Below are positions 1-12,552 of a stretch of 64,000 nucleotides of DNA, piece by piece. The first letter of the stretch is position 1. Each line of letters starts with the position of its first letter. This stretch comes from Amphiscolops sp. MND2022 (Eukaryota), in NCBI GenBank assembly GCA_964187785.1, contig OZ076412.1:30318001-30382000 (forward strand). Reading direction: 5' to 3'. A model generated the notes under the pieces. That model worked only from the letters and a program-made list of their open reading frames with translations. It made no database searches and was not told the origin of the DNA. Position numbers and translations under genes: made by a program.

Positions 1-121
1 CGAGTTCGACTGAATCACGTCTTTAGTTTCAAAACCAAAAAATGTGTATGAGCTTTGTTTTTGTCCATATTCTATGAAATCACAAATAAATTTGTTTGTG
101 AGGAAGCTGATACTAATTTAG

Positions 122-1215
122 GCATGGACTACTGGCAGTATGACACCATTGTGTTCACCTTCAAATTCAAACGTCACCCCACATTTTATGTGAACGTACT
201 TCTCTTGCCTTCTATCATGATGGCCTTTCTATCCATCCTCTGCTTCCTGCTTCCAGTCGAGAGTGGGGAGAAAGTGTCGCTGGGAATTACAGTTTTGCTA
301 TCTCAAGCTGTTCAACTTCTAGTGTTATCAGATGTGTTGCCACCCTCTTCCAAAGATTTCCCAATTCTCGCACAATTCGTGGTCTTTACAATTGTGCTGA
401 TTTCAGGGGTGTAAAAATTTCGACCTGTCGTATTGACAGTCGGCCAACTCGAAGCCCCGATATTTTGAGAAAAAATAAAATGAACCTGATTCATGAATTT
501 CAGAAAAAGCTGAAGTTCCAATATCCGCAAAAGTTGGTTCAATACTCATAGTTGGTTGATGAACATCAAGTAATTTCGGTTTCAATTTTTCAACATTTGC
601 TACTAGTTACCAGAAATCACTACAAATTATTGACACTACAAGTATTTGTTAGGTCGAATAAAAACACTGGAAAACACTTGAATATTAATTTTGTTATATT
701 TAGCTTTTTTGTGCAGATTTCTACATTCTAGATATTTCGACATAGATGTTTTGTAGGTAAAACTAAATTTTACACCACTACGTGGTATGGTATCAGTCTC
801 AGTCGTGACGTCAGTGCTAGTTGTTCGAACTTATCTCACTCCGGAGTGTAAAACTTTTCCTCCACTGGGCGTGAAAGCTGTAAATTCCTACATTATGAAG
901 CTACTTCTCATTCCAACTCTCGATGAAAAAGTTCTCGGAGACGGTCAAAAGCATCAGAAAAGTCGAAAAAAGAGCTCCAATCAAATATCACCTCAGTTTA
1001 AGGCGGCCGAAGCCTCGAGAGTTCAGAGAGGAAATGTAGCTGAAGATAATATACAAAGCAGTGATGTTGACACAATGTCTGAAGATGACAAGAAATTGCG
1101 AAATACTCTGGGCTGGAAACTTTTATCAGAGCTAATTGACCGTTTTGTTCTGATCTTGTACATTACAGCCTTGACGGGTGGATCTATTTACTACATTGTG
1201 GCGCTTTTAACATGA
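122..1215 (+). CDS. Nicotinic acetylcholine receptor-type (cation-selective Cys-loop) subunit, 3' exons encoding M1-M4; the ligand-binding domain lies upstream of the window
   Basis: Exon from acceptor ttag|122: YDTIVFTFKFKRHPTFYVNVLLLPS (pre-M1/M1), LPVESGEKVSLGITVLLS (M2), DVLPPSSKDFPILAQFVVFTIVLIS (M2-M3). Resumes at ~757-797 with VSVVTSVLVVRTY (end of M3), an intracellular loop, and WKLLSELIDRFVLILY (M4), stop at 1215. M3 is interrupted by a ~390-bp insert. Confidence 0.93.
404..780. mobile_element. hAT-type MITE inserted in the nAChR M3 coding sequence, candidate transposon-derived intron
   Basis: Left end CAGGGGTGTAAAAATTT (404-420); right end AAATTTTACACCACTA (765-780) is its degenerate reverse complement. 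The left end matches the TSD-flanked MITE at 11208 at 16 of 17 nt. No clean TSD. Confidence 0.75.
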
Positions 1216-1906
1216 TGATAAGAAAAATGAAAAAAATAACGACCGAAATGTCCACACTTTGGTCATGAACACCGGAATCACGGAACCTGCATTATCTACT
1301 TCTAAATCTAGGTTTCCTTTAAAGACGCATAACTTCTCCGTAAAAATTGTATCAAATCATCCGTATGAAATCACATTGGATCTTTCAGCTCTTGTCAACG
1401 GAAGTCGTGAACAACTTTCATTTACTTTTTATTGAATGGCATAAAAATTTTGGTAACTAATCTGAAAACTGACAAACTTGTTGAATTAAATATTTATACA
1501 AAGCTTTACTTCATTCAAACTACTTGATTGGAAGAAACAACTGTTGACCAGAGATTCTTTCAGAAACAATAGACCCATCGTGATTGGAACAGGCTATTTA
1601 TACTGATGCTCTTGAATATATAAAATTCTATACATATTTATATTGTTATCACCCATTTGAACATAAACAAACAACCATGTTGGTCGCGTTTTGTCTATTT
1701 TTGGTATCATGATATCGTCGTCACAATGCTATTAATAGTTACAGGGTCTATGTTTAGAGTTTTGACATAACAAAACCTGAGTGTCATCCCACTTACCCAT
1801 GCCCAAGTCGGCAGACATTCATGCATTCATTAAAATACGTTGAAAACTCACTTGAGAGGTTAAAGAAAGACAGGAAATGAAACTTTGTCCTGAAAAGATC
1901 TTTTCA

Positions 1907-2464
1907 ATGCCTTCCACGAGGAGACAAAAAGCAACGGCAAGGCGTTTAAGAGCAATGGACATCCTCTCCAAAAGTGAGAACATTGATGTAATGTTAGGAG
2001 GATAATTCAAACTCAAACGAGGGAGATCTAGAAAAAAAACCAAATGGACCAGTTAGTCAAGAGCACTCTGGGCCAATTGAATTTTGAGAGGGCTATTTGA
2101 TCTCAGGAAAACGAATTTAGAAAATGGAAACATGACTCCTAGGCCTACACAGACTACAAGAGTCGATGGAAAGAAATATTATCTACCGAGATAAAAATAC
2201 GACAGTCCCAAGAAAGAGATTCGATGATTAGCATGATAGAGCAAAATAAATAAAGCTATTATCTCTGCGGTCAACGATAGAGTTATTCCAGAGATACAGA
2301 AGATTGCCAGTAGATTGCCTTTGAGAGAAAAACAACTGAGACGGGTACGTTCGCTTGTCATCAGTGTCCCGGCGATATACCAGATGGATCCAATGTCAAT
2401 TTAACAAAGAAGAACTCTAGATCCGCCTTTGATACAAAAGACGAAATGGATCACGGTCTTTACA
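1907..2464 (+). repeat. Decayed copy of an ORF-containing dispersed repeat (retroelement ORF1/LTR-like), same family as 15256-15909
   Basis: ATG at 1907 gives MPSTRRQKATARRLRAMDILSKSENIDVMLGG, then SKINKAIISAVNDRVIPEIQ. Both parallel PPSRKQKAKEKRSRQSDVMSDNENLDVMQGS and TRILDATNTAIENRMLPSIK of the 15256 ORF. Interrupted by stops; ends ...TTTACA. Confidence 0.6.
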
Positions 2465-2639
2465 TTTCTCAGAAACTTTATCAAACCAAAGATGAAAATA
2501 CGATCTCCTTACATCAACCCAGTACGTGGTTTACACATGGAGAGAGATAGACTTAATTCCATCAGGGATGTATTGAAATAAAGGCAAATATGTGACTTAT
2601 CCACGACAAACTGAACAAAAACATTCGACAAAATGTGAG

Positions 2640-3330
2640 CTGGATCTGTTCAAATTGTGTAAACTATTATTTCTGGCGATCAGGTATTTAGAGAGGGAAT
2701 GTTTCAACGTTAACAATGACATGTCAAACGAAATGATTTTCAGCCGTATGAGCTCGTTAGCAGCACGTGTTGCTCGGGTGAAAAATTGTCATCTGTTGAA
2801 ATTTTGCGCGAGGAATGATCTGAAGCAACCCGCTTGAAGAGGATCTTGGTGGGGAGGAAATAGAAGGCAAGTTACAATGCACGTCAATAACTCCAATACA
2901 TAGCTTCCATAGAAAAACGATGTCATCTCTGATTAGGCAGTAACACACTGGAAGCATCTTGAGAGATTGAAAACCTGAAACTTCTGAAGAGCATTTAGTT
3001 ATCTAGCGAAGAACTTTATACTGGAACAGTTCGAGTTGATGTAACATAGTTAAAGGGAGAGACCAGACAGGGGCACCGTAAAGCAAAATAGACAAGATAA
3101 GGGATTTGTAAAGTAGGAATTTTCTACTACTAGACACAGCAAATATTCAGCCCCATGCAGAAATTGTGCAGACTCATCGTCTCCAAAATTGAGAACTTCA
3201 CATTTTGTTGGGTGGAATTGGAGACCGTTAAGGTTACTCCAGTCAAGCAGTGAGTTGAAATCATCTTGCACAAGGGAATCAGGAGAAGTGCTGAAATATT
3301 TGAGATCATTAGCGAGAAGGTAAAAAAAAA
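2640..3330 (-). mobile_element. 5'-truncated, decayed CR1/L2-clade LINE: 3' end of the reverse transcriptase ORF
   Basis: Minus strand reads LLANDLKYF (decayed FADD motif), QDDFNSLLDWSNLNGLQFHPTKCEVLNFG, LLYKSLILSILLYGAPVWS and LPVCYCLIRDDIVFLWK, the typical order of C-terminal motifs in CR1/L2 ORF2. Confidence 0.8.
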
Positions 3331-4504
3331 CTGTTCACCACGTTAAAAAAAAACATTCTTGTCTTCGAAACTGTACGTCAACGAACAGTTGGAACTAATA
3401 CACATCTCTGGTTCACCACAATCATTCTGAAAATTTTAACAATTGAAAACTTTCTCTCGAAAGATCAGTTGTAATACGTTTCATGGATTGCCTCTTACAA
3501 ATACAATGTTTCCACCGCAAAAGCTTCGAATGCCCCCTCAGTGGTCCACCGGTGGGATTTCGGTAGATCAGTGGTGACCACCGGTGGACTGCGATTGATT
3601 GGCAACCAGGGATGTGTATGGATAAAAGTCCGTTTTTCAGATTCCGCCCTACCTCATACAAACAATAAGCCAACCTATATATTGGACTCAGGGGCTTTCA
3701 AAAGTGATTGCCATTAATTGAAAACATTGCTTTGCAAAAAATCATTCATTTTGCTGGCAAGTTTTGAAAATGTTGTTTTAAAAAGAGTTGTTACAAGTTT
3801 TTCGTCCCAAAATCTATTGTTGAATTTCAATACTGGTTGTTTTCTTCCACTGATTGTCTGTAGCAAAAAGTTGATGAAAGTACTTTAAAACGGTCTCTTC
3901 TGTTGCTGGCATGGGTATAGAAAACATGAAATGGCAATGCAGAGAATTGTTTCATCTTACAGAGTGAGTGTCTAGCAAGTGCACGTAACCAAACAATTAG
4001 TGTGAAAAGTAAACACTACAGTGCGGATAAAACAATATTATAGTCTATGAAGTCCAATTTATATTCGCAAATAATTGCAATTCATTGGTTTTCAAAACTC
4101 AAATAATTTTAATTGCAATTGTTCAATTTAATAAAGAAGAGAGTGACCAAAACGTCCAACGTTCTAGGACGCCAACCTAGTTTCCAAGAAAGTCTAGAAC
4201 CTCATCCTGTAGAGTCAAAGCAACTTCCAAATTTATATTATTCACAGCTACCACCATTCTATACAGTGCCTGGGTACCTATAGTTTCGCTGTGCTGTCTT
4301 GATAAAGTTTTTGATGGCTTGAATCATACCTAAACTCCTGAGAGTTTCCTCGCTCACAAAAGCGCATGCCCAACCATCATCTACGTATGACACTCTTTCA
4401 CTGCTTTCACCGACACTGCACCAAATTGGTACGATAGATTCCCTCAAGGATGGAGTCGCGATTGGTCTTTGTTCCTCAAACATATAATACGACAAGTTTA
4501 CTCT

Positions 4505-5016
4505 TAACAAGACGGGAACGTCTAAAGTCGGCGCTATATCTAAGGCTTAAAAAGCGCAAGAGACTTTTTTTGAAAAAAAACTTGAAATTTTTGAATTTTT
4601 TTTCTTTCAGAAACCGTCGCATAGTGCCGAAAAATGTAAAAGGGGGACCCTTTGGGCTTTATTAACATATATTATGTTGCAAAATATGAAAAAACTCGAA
4701 GGGGGAAACCCTTTTGAGACATAAAAATTTTTTTTCGAAAAAAAGTCGCACAGTGCCGAAAAAAATCGAAAATGGGGCCCTTTAGTCTCGTCCGGTTTTG
4801 TTGGTTACGTTAAAATAGTAAAAAATGAAAGGGGGACCCTTTTGCACTAATTTCCGCTGACCGGACTTGGCCTTATGGTAGTAGTTTTAGTAGTTTCGAT
4901 TGTAAGAAAAGTGGCCCAATCAGAGTGAGATTGTAGTCTGACGAAAAAAAAGAAAGAAAAAAAACTAGCCACTGTAAGAATCGGGCACTTTTCACTAGAA
5001 AAGCGCCGACTAAAAA
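4505..5016 (+). repeat. Non-autonomous dispersed repeat with subterminal inverted repeats (possibly Helentron/HINE-like), copy 1
   Basis: Starts AACAAGACGGGAACG..AAAGTCGGCGC and ends GCGCCGACTAAAAA, with internal GTGCCGAAAAA / AGGGGGACCC motifs. Related copies at 45829, 51299, 54800 and 55660. Confidence 0.7.
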
Positions 5017-5182
5017 CAGACTTACACCAAATGCTCAGCTTAAAGCAACCTCACTCACAAGGAACACAACGAAAATGTGAGTGATTTCCTACTCAAATTT
5101 GAAACTTCAAATAGTGAAGTTGTAATGTAATGAAGTGATGAAATTTTGGTTCAAAAAGCTCGTTACCCTGTAAAATCTCGAA

Positions 5183-5575
5183 GCAAAACAACCTCATTCA
5201 AAACCACGCCCCCTTTTTTTATGAGAATTTTAACAATTTTTGTCCAAGTGAGCTCCGAATTGTTTTAAATCTCATTGTGGTAAAAATCTTATATTATCAT
5301 ATATCATCATATAATCATATATTTTCCAAGTTTAACTCACGAGAAAATTAACAACCACGAAAAACTTTCGCTCATGCCCCATGGTAGAAATATGAATTAC
5401 ATAACATCACATTAATCAACAGTTGTTCAGTTACGCAAATTACATCAAGATACCTGCTAACGCAAAAGCGTGAGAAGATACCATATTCAAGAAATCACCG
5501 TTTAAATACTGTCACGCCAATTTACTCCTTTATACCAATTCTGTTTCGTTCGAGCAAATCTTTGAGCAAATCGAC
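5183..5575 (+). repeat. Left flanking repeat block of the Gypsy element (segment A then segment B), LTR-like
   Basis: 5183-5385 aligns by eye with 10316-10485, and 5394-5575 with 10120-10300 (for example TCAAGATACCTGCTAACG is shared). Confidence 0.55.
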
Positions 5576-5899
5576 ATTACACTGTGAGCCAATGAATCGG
5601 AAGCTTCACCTTCAGCCCCTTCGCTGGGAGTTTCTTGCAAGTGGCAGGATACGGAAAAGTCCCCTTCGGCCGGTTGGTACAGTTGGATCGAATTATTTGA
5701 ACTGGCAGTACTGGCCAGACATTCAATTTCTGCTTCTGAGTTATTGAAGACGCCGACCGATCAGGACCCAAGAATTCCAGTTTTTTGAGAATTTTTTCTG
5801 TGGAAACTGCTACTAAAAAGGACGAAACCTGCTCTACCTAGCGAATGGAAAAACTGCGCGAAATCAATGATGGACAAATATCCAAATATCCGAGTACTA

Positions 5900-8800
5900 A
5901 CGTCTTCGTAATTGAGTTAGCTGAAAATTTGCAGGTCGTGTTTTGAAATAAGACGTCAGACATCACAGAGACATACATTCCTAGCCAAAAATTGAACAGA
6001 CTGCCGCAGAATTGGAGTCCGGGGGTCAGACTCAAGGCTTGGTTTATGACATTTTCATGCTCAAAATTTCAAACAGGCAGGTACCGCTGAATCTGAGCAC
6101 TGAACGGAACGAGGATCCTGCGGAAACACTTTAATATGCCACAGCGTTTGAAGAAGGCTTAACGAAGCAGCCGACTATCGGACAGCCGGGCACATCCATG
6201 AAAGGTAATGAAGGACCGGTCTTCGCAGTATCAAGTCAAGTAAACAAAAAATGCCGGAGATGCGGAACTCCTGATGCCGGAGTTGCAAGGAACCTGATAC
6301 CATTTGTTATTATTGCCGTTGAAGGCCATTTCGAAAAAATGCTGCCACTCTAAGCAAAAAGGAAAAGAAACCCCAATTCAGGGAAGTTCGACAGAAGCAA
6401 AGGGAGTCGACAGTGCAAAACCATAATATAGGTTAGCATTGATGAACGACTTCAGATTCAAGACAATGACAAACGGTCTGTGTGCCAGTGACAATATTTG
6501 CTATCCACGATATAAAAAACATTATGCGCAGGAGGGACCTTCGAGTCAGACGAATGATAGAGGGGAAAGACGTAGATTTCAATGGCAAAAACCAAAATCT
6601 CGTGGTTTATGTTTTTTGTCACTTACAATTGGGGGTGAGTTGCGCGTTCTATTTAGGAGAAGTCATGAAGAAAATTATCGGAAGGGAGTGGCCTTTTACG
6701 CTAAAATTCCAGATGGTACAAACTTCAGTGGGTGAGTCGGAAAGTGGAGTGGAGAAAACCGTAGTAGAGAAAAAGGTAGAAACAACAGTATTCTCGAACC
6801 ATTTTCCGAAGTTCTTTCCGAGAAAACAAAAGCGAAAGACCGGACAGATAATGAAAGAAAACGCCAAAGTAAAACAGCACAAGGAACGAAAAATCCATAA
6901 CCAAATGCAAAAAACTGTAGATGCCGAAATGAAAAGGCTGATGAAAGACCGATAGGTAAAATTTGCGTTGGATGCAATAGCATTAAAAAACAGATGACAA
7001 CGATCAACTTTGAGTGCCTAACCTAGAAAATCTAATGGAAGTTTTAGCTGAAAGGTTATATAGTAAGGAAGGAGATGTTTGGTATTCATCTTGTCACCTA
7101 ACATATGCGTATGGGAAAATTCCATTACACTTTTAGGAGCAAAACATTGCAAATTTTAGATAACAGGCCGAGAATTACCGGGAAGATACCAATTTAGAAC
7201 GGGCTTGTACGCTCTGACGATTATCCAGACAGAATTGGAAAAAAGTATGGACAATCGTGTAGCTAGGTTTTGAGGAGTATTCGTCCTCATCGATGATATT
7301 TTGATAGTGACAAAAGAAATAAAGCTCTAACATATGACAAAGGTGCGGAAAACACTCAACCCGATTGACTCAGCAAAACTACTAGTGAATGCAGAGAAAG
7401 ATTACCTGGCTCAGTTGTGGCTTAAAATTGGCCAAATCAGGAGTTTCGCAAAATAACCTCAAGGAAACAATGTACTACAGAAAAATTGGCACCAGCGAAT
7501 AAGAAGAACTGAGATGTTTCTGGGTGCAGTTATTCAGTTGAATAATATTATTTCTAGATTCGGCAGCAGTATGTCTTCCGTTCAGATGAAGTTTTAACTG
7601 GTTCTTACATAAAAATGCTTGTTTGAGCATTCAAGGAACTTGGAAGGACAAACGAGCGGGTGGAACAAGTAGCCAAATTATCACAGTCCAAAAGAACCAG
7701 ACCATTGAGAATAATCTTCAATGCAAGTTTCCAAGGACTAGAGGCAGTATTACAGCAGGAAGAAAAAGCTGTTGCACGCCCATAGAGCACGCATCCAGAT
7801 TTTCAACAGGGCAAATTACTCAATAAATTGATTGGATTTGTGAGGAGAAGTGTGGTCACTGGGACATTTTAAAAATTATCTGTACGGAACGGATTTTGAA
7901 AATCTGTCGGATCATACGCCTTGATAAATGTTTTTTAAAGTGAATAAATCAAACGATTCATTCTCGAGTTTTTGAACTAGATGGGTAGACAGATTGCTTC
8001 CAATTGATTTTCGTGTTGCACATGCTCTGAGACAGATTGCTTCCAATTGATTTTCGTGTTGCACATGCTCTGAGGCGAACGCCAGGAATGGCAGGTTATC
8101 TCCACCCCATATCCGTAGAGAGGTGCGATCATTAAGTCTGAGCAAATGTTTAACGATTGGTTTACAATCATGGTAGTGAATGACAATTGCAATCTAGCTA
8201 AATGAATCTTTTGTGGCGAACCAATAAATATGAAAAGTTAAACCAAAGAACCAATCATATGCCAGATTGAAAGTAATAACGTTTTTTAAAAAAACAGCAG
8301 TTGAGTTAAAAGCACGAAAGTGAGGGGTTTAGCAAAAAACAAGCAATGGCCACAAAGGCAGATTTACGCAGTAGTCGTGCATACGTTCAAGCAAGTTATG
8401 AAAAGGATCGGCACCTCCAGAAAATGGTCGAAAAAAATCAATCGCGTGATTCAACACAAATTGCAAGACATGGAGGGAAATTATCAAATCATTTAGCACT
8501 GGTAGGATCAACTTAGTTTCCCTAGACGAAAGTTTAGATATCCCTGAGGACACAAAAGGAAAACTTTTTTACGGCATTCACTTTGGTCAGGAGGGCTCAG
8601 GGAGGCAGTGGATGTCTGGTGGCCAAAAATCCACGAGAATCCATCTATCACAAAGGCCAATAACTGCCCGGAGTGAAGTGGAGCAGGTAAGAAATAAAGT
8701 GTTTGGAAATCTACCAAGTGCAGAAAAACCAAACGAAGAAATAACTCTAGACTTCACAGGACCTTCGCAAGGCTTCAAAATGCCCCAAGGAAATCCGGTA

Positions 8801-9850
8801 AATAGTGGTTTCTGTAGACAATATTTCAGGATGGTCGGAGGAATTTTGTTTCACTAATCCCACTACAGATAAGTGATTGAAGATTTAGAGGAACAAATAG
8901 CGCAACATAGAATCTTCCGAAGGGCAAGAACAGACCCGGGAACCGCTTTCAAAAGTGAGAAATCAAACTGAGAGATTGAAAGAAAGTCATAGAAAGTATG
9001 TAGTGTGCCCAGCTCGAAAAGAGATCATGAGAGAAATGGAAAAGCAAAGTTAGTTATTAGACCAATGAAGAAACAACTCCACAATGATACACGAGTGGTA
9101 CTAGAGCAAAAAAAGTACAGACCTTCCGAATATTCTGTTAGCGATGAGAAATGAAGTTGGAAAGGACAGGTAATCCGCTTTTTGCACGACATTTATGTTT
9201 TGGACGACGTCAAAGACCTAAAACGTAATACCCCTAGAGATGCACTGGTGAATGAATTTCTTTCAGCAAAAGATTCAAAGATCCAACTATAAGAAAAAGA
9301 CTTTAGCCCAGATGTGGATTCTACCGTACTCATTTGCAAGACTTCTGGAGGTTCAACGCTAGAAGGGATTTTAACCGAGCGGAAGACCAAAGTGATCAGA
9401 GAATGGAGACACAGTATAACGATTTTGCTGAATCGTGGAAAGGCAGCGGTTGTATCCGAGATGTGGCTTGAAAGTGAAGAAGGATTGACCGGTCCAAGTG
9501 GAGGAAAAAAGCAAAAGAGGAAAAAATGCCAAAAGTTGAAGAACTGGCTGACAAACCGAAACATCTGAAGCCGAAAAGAAGGACAGTTATATCAGAAGCC
9601 GCAGCAAGCAAAGAAATGGGCTATGCGGTGAAGGAAATGGAAGCAGAGAAGCCAGCCACTACAGCAGAACCTGACACCGGAACAGACGAAGTAGGAGTAA
9701 TTGTGTTTACAAGGTCAGAAGACGGAATATTGGCTTACAACCATAGAGGCGGAGGAGACAAAAGTGAAACGATGCTCATAAACTGGGAGCTTCCAAAGAT
9801 ACGAAGCCGTTCGAGAAAGTTCATGAAGCGACTGGAGTGACAATGCCAAA
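5900..9850 (+). mobile_element. Decayed Ty3/Gypsy LTR retrotransposon internal region (gag knuckle remnant, RT, RNase H, integrase)
   Basis: KKCRRCG (~6250); QKTVDAEMKRLMKD (RT start, ~6905); VFVLIDDILIVTK (YxDD-type motif, ~7280); ASFQGLEAVLQQ and SDH (RNase H); DRLLPIDFRVAH; EKPNEEITLDFTGP and RTDPGTAFKS (integrase). Many stops and frameshifts. Confidence 0.85.
7987..8072 (+). repeat. Exact 43-bp tandem duplication inside Gypsy pol
   Basis: AGACAGATTGCTTCCAATTGATTTTCGTGTTGCACATGCTCTG x2; a frameshifting duplication in the RNase H-integrase linker. Confidence 0.95.
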
Positions 9851-10119
9851 ATATCATGATTAGCGAGGTGGAGGCCAATGAGAAAGAGCAGGAAGTGTAG
9901 AAATAGAGCGTAGTGAACTTATAAAGCTTTTGAAACAACTTGTACTTGTACATGTACTTGTACTTGTGCTTGTACATTCTTGTAGTCTTGTACTGGCAAT
10001 TTCATGCTGTTCTATTTGAGTTGGTATTTATCATCGTGTATACTTGGGTGATATTTTGCTTCTGTTCCCACTAGTACCACTTACTGTTTGTGATTTAAAA
10101 AAAGGAATGTGAGAGCTGT

Positions 10120-10485
10120 GAACTACAAAACATCATGTTATTCAACAATTGTTCAACTACATAAGGTACTTCAAGATACCTGCTAACGTAGAAGCGTGAG
10201 TAATTAACACTTTCAAGATATCACCGTTAAAATACTGCGTCGCCAATATACTCATTTCTATCAATTCTGTTTCTTTCGCCAACTTTGAGCAAACCGACAA
10301 CGCAAAGCGAAACAAGCGAAATAACCTCATTCAAACTACCATCCCTTTTTTATGAACATTTCACTAGTTTTCGTCCAAACTGTGCTCACAACTGTTTTAA
10401 CCACCAGCGTGGTAAAAGTCTTGCAATTATAATTCAAGCATTACTCAAGAATAACAACCATGAGGAAACTCTCGGTCATTCCCTC
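10120..10485 (+). repeat. Right flanking repeat block of the Gypsy element (segment B then segment A), LTR-like
   Basis: Same two segments as 5183-5575, in swapped order. Confidence 0.55.
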
Positions 10486-11207
10486 ACTCAAGAAACAACT
10501 CGTATAATCATGCACACAACTCTTTAGGAATAAGTTTGATAACTTTGTTTCTTCAGGAGAATCACATCGTTCAAAATACTAACAAGAGTAATGAAACAAG
10601 GCAAAACGTCGCAGAATGCCAATTAAAATCCCAACAAAAAAACCGTTTGGACTCCTCCTCTTTTGCATATATGCAACAGTTGTTACAGCGCGGGGTTTGA
10701 AACCACGTACTTTTTGTTCACCAGTCTCGCCCATCCACGCACTCACATGCGGTAACAGTTACACCGAGTGGCAAAGGCAAGAAGGTTCCAACAATATCTT
10801 TTCAGTAGTTACGCACAAACAGCTGGAAAAGGAGAAAAGGCCTCAAAAAGAGAGAATAGAAAGAGGCAAACTGGTAAACCAATTTTGCAAAAACAAATGT
10901 AATTCCCAGCTGACAATTATATTAATTTCAGTCAAATCTACTGGGATGTTTTTAATCCTGTTTTTATGCATACAAGGCTAATTTTTACAATTGTTAACAG
11001 TAGAAAAACTCTGGGATCTTTCTTAAAAATATGCCTAGGATTACAATGCCGCGTTAACTATTTCAACCAACTTGAAAATATATTTTTTTGTCATTTTCTT
11101 TGTCTGGATCACTTTGTTTTTACACGTTAATTTCCTAAGCCTTAACTCATAGAATTAACATTAAAATGTCTATAACTGGTGTCAAATTGCACTCTGACGA
11201 TGACGTC

Positions 11208-11729
11208 CAGAGGTGTAAAAATTTATATTGTATTGCAATATATTGCAATTAAATACAATTAATATATTTATTTAGTTGGAGCAAAAATACAATATATTTA
11301 TTGAAATAAGAGAAATATTGTCAGAGCACTACAATATTTTGCGCAAAAAGTTTATGCAATATAGAAATAAAACTTCATTTAATATGCATTTTAAACGGAC
11401 CTCCAATTCTTCCTGCCAACAAATATGACTGGGTGCCTGGGACTTCCAACTTAGCGGTACGACTTTTCAGCCATGCTCGATTCACCCTTCCTGACTACCG
11501 CAAGGAAACGCTTCCTATTAATTTCGAGAGTGTATTATACAAATAGACAACATTGGGATGTTTGCCTTGTAAATGAATGTTTCTCTGCCCAATAAATAAT
11601 TTCACAATTTATTGTTTTTCTAAAATATTGCAGGACAATAAATACAATATTTTTATTGCTGAAATTGAACCAAACAATATATTTATCTTTTTGAAAAAAT
11701 ATACTTAAATACAATATTTCACACCCCTG
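11208..11729. mobile_element. hAT-superfamily MITE (522 bp)
   Basis: TIRs CAGAGGTGTAAAA / TTTCACACCCCTG with a perfect 8-bp TSD ATGACGTC (11200-11207 and 11730-11737). Confidence 0.92.
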
Positions 11730-11815
11730 ATGACGTCACCAATCAAATCTATATAACGACTGAATTCGATTTTCATTAGAAGGGCGGTACAATTGATAGG
11801 TCTATAAAATAAAAC

Positions 11816-12014
11816 GGATCTTTTCTGTTAATTCCCCCCATCAGTTTAATCCCCCCAGTTAAGCGGTCAAGTGAAATTATCACTGAATTAATAGTAACAA
11901 CCAATCAAATTGCAGTATTTTATAACTCTAACTGCAACTGAAACACATCGCTGATAGTGGTGGGGAATTAAAATTTATGCGCTTACTGTGGGGGGGAATT
12001 AACAGAAAAGATCC
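11816..12014. mobile_element. MITE (199 bp) with GG-starting TIRs and an 8-bp TSD (Merlin-like signature)
   Basis: Perfect 24-bp TIR GGATCTTTTCTGTTAATTCCCCCC / GGGGGGAATTAACAGAAAAGATCC; TSD AATAAAAC at 11808-11815 and 12015-12022. The superfamily assignment is inference. Confidence 0.9.
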
Positions 12015-12552
12015 AATAAAACTATTGCATGTTAAAACTTGAAAAACTTGTTGCAAAGGTTCGATTCGGGCCCAAATTCAGAATGCATCTTTTAGGCAGC
12101 TTTATAAATTGCAATTACAACAGTAAAGTTTTGATGCTGGGAAGTTTCAGTGAGAATTTTGTAGAATGATGGTGAATTTGCTTAGCAACCTACAAAAACT
12201 TAAGTTCCAGCAGTTTCAACCAAGAAAAAGATAGATTGCAAGAAGAGTATCACTGATGAGAATGAAACCAACGTTAGTTTTCACAAAAAGCAGATATCTT
12301 TGATTTTGAGCTATTTGGATTGCTAAAAATTCAATTGGAAAAAATCTTCAGTCCCATTTTTCCACCGCATTGTAATTTTGAGTGAATACGCAATATAAAA
12401 CGCGGCAGTTAGGTGAAGCACAGCATTTGCGCATTTCTGAGAAAAAGAAAATACGGTTTTTAGATGGTACACATGTGCTGAAAGTGGTCGCTAGTTTTTA
12501 TAATGACGCAGAAATACATGCCACGAATTTTGTTTGAACGTAAAATTTGGTA

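Noticed and set aside
3535-3620. Twin CCACCGGTGG palindromes as a regulatory or recombination site
   Set aside because: Short, no boundaries or TSD found, and no second occurrence in the window.
9940-10000. ORF 9735-9977 with a YK-repeat N-terminus
   Set aside because: Artefact of a degenerate (TACTTG)n microsatellite.
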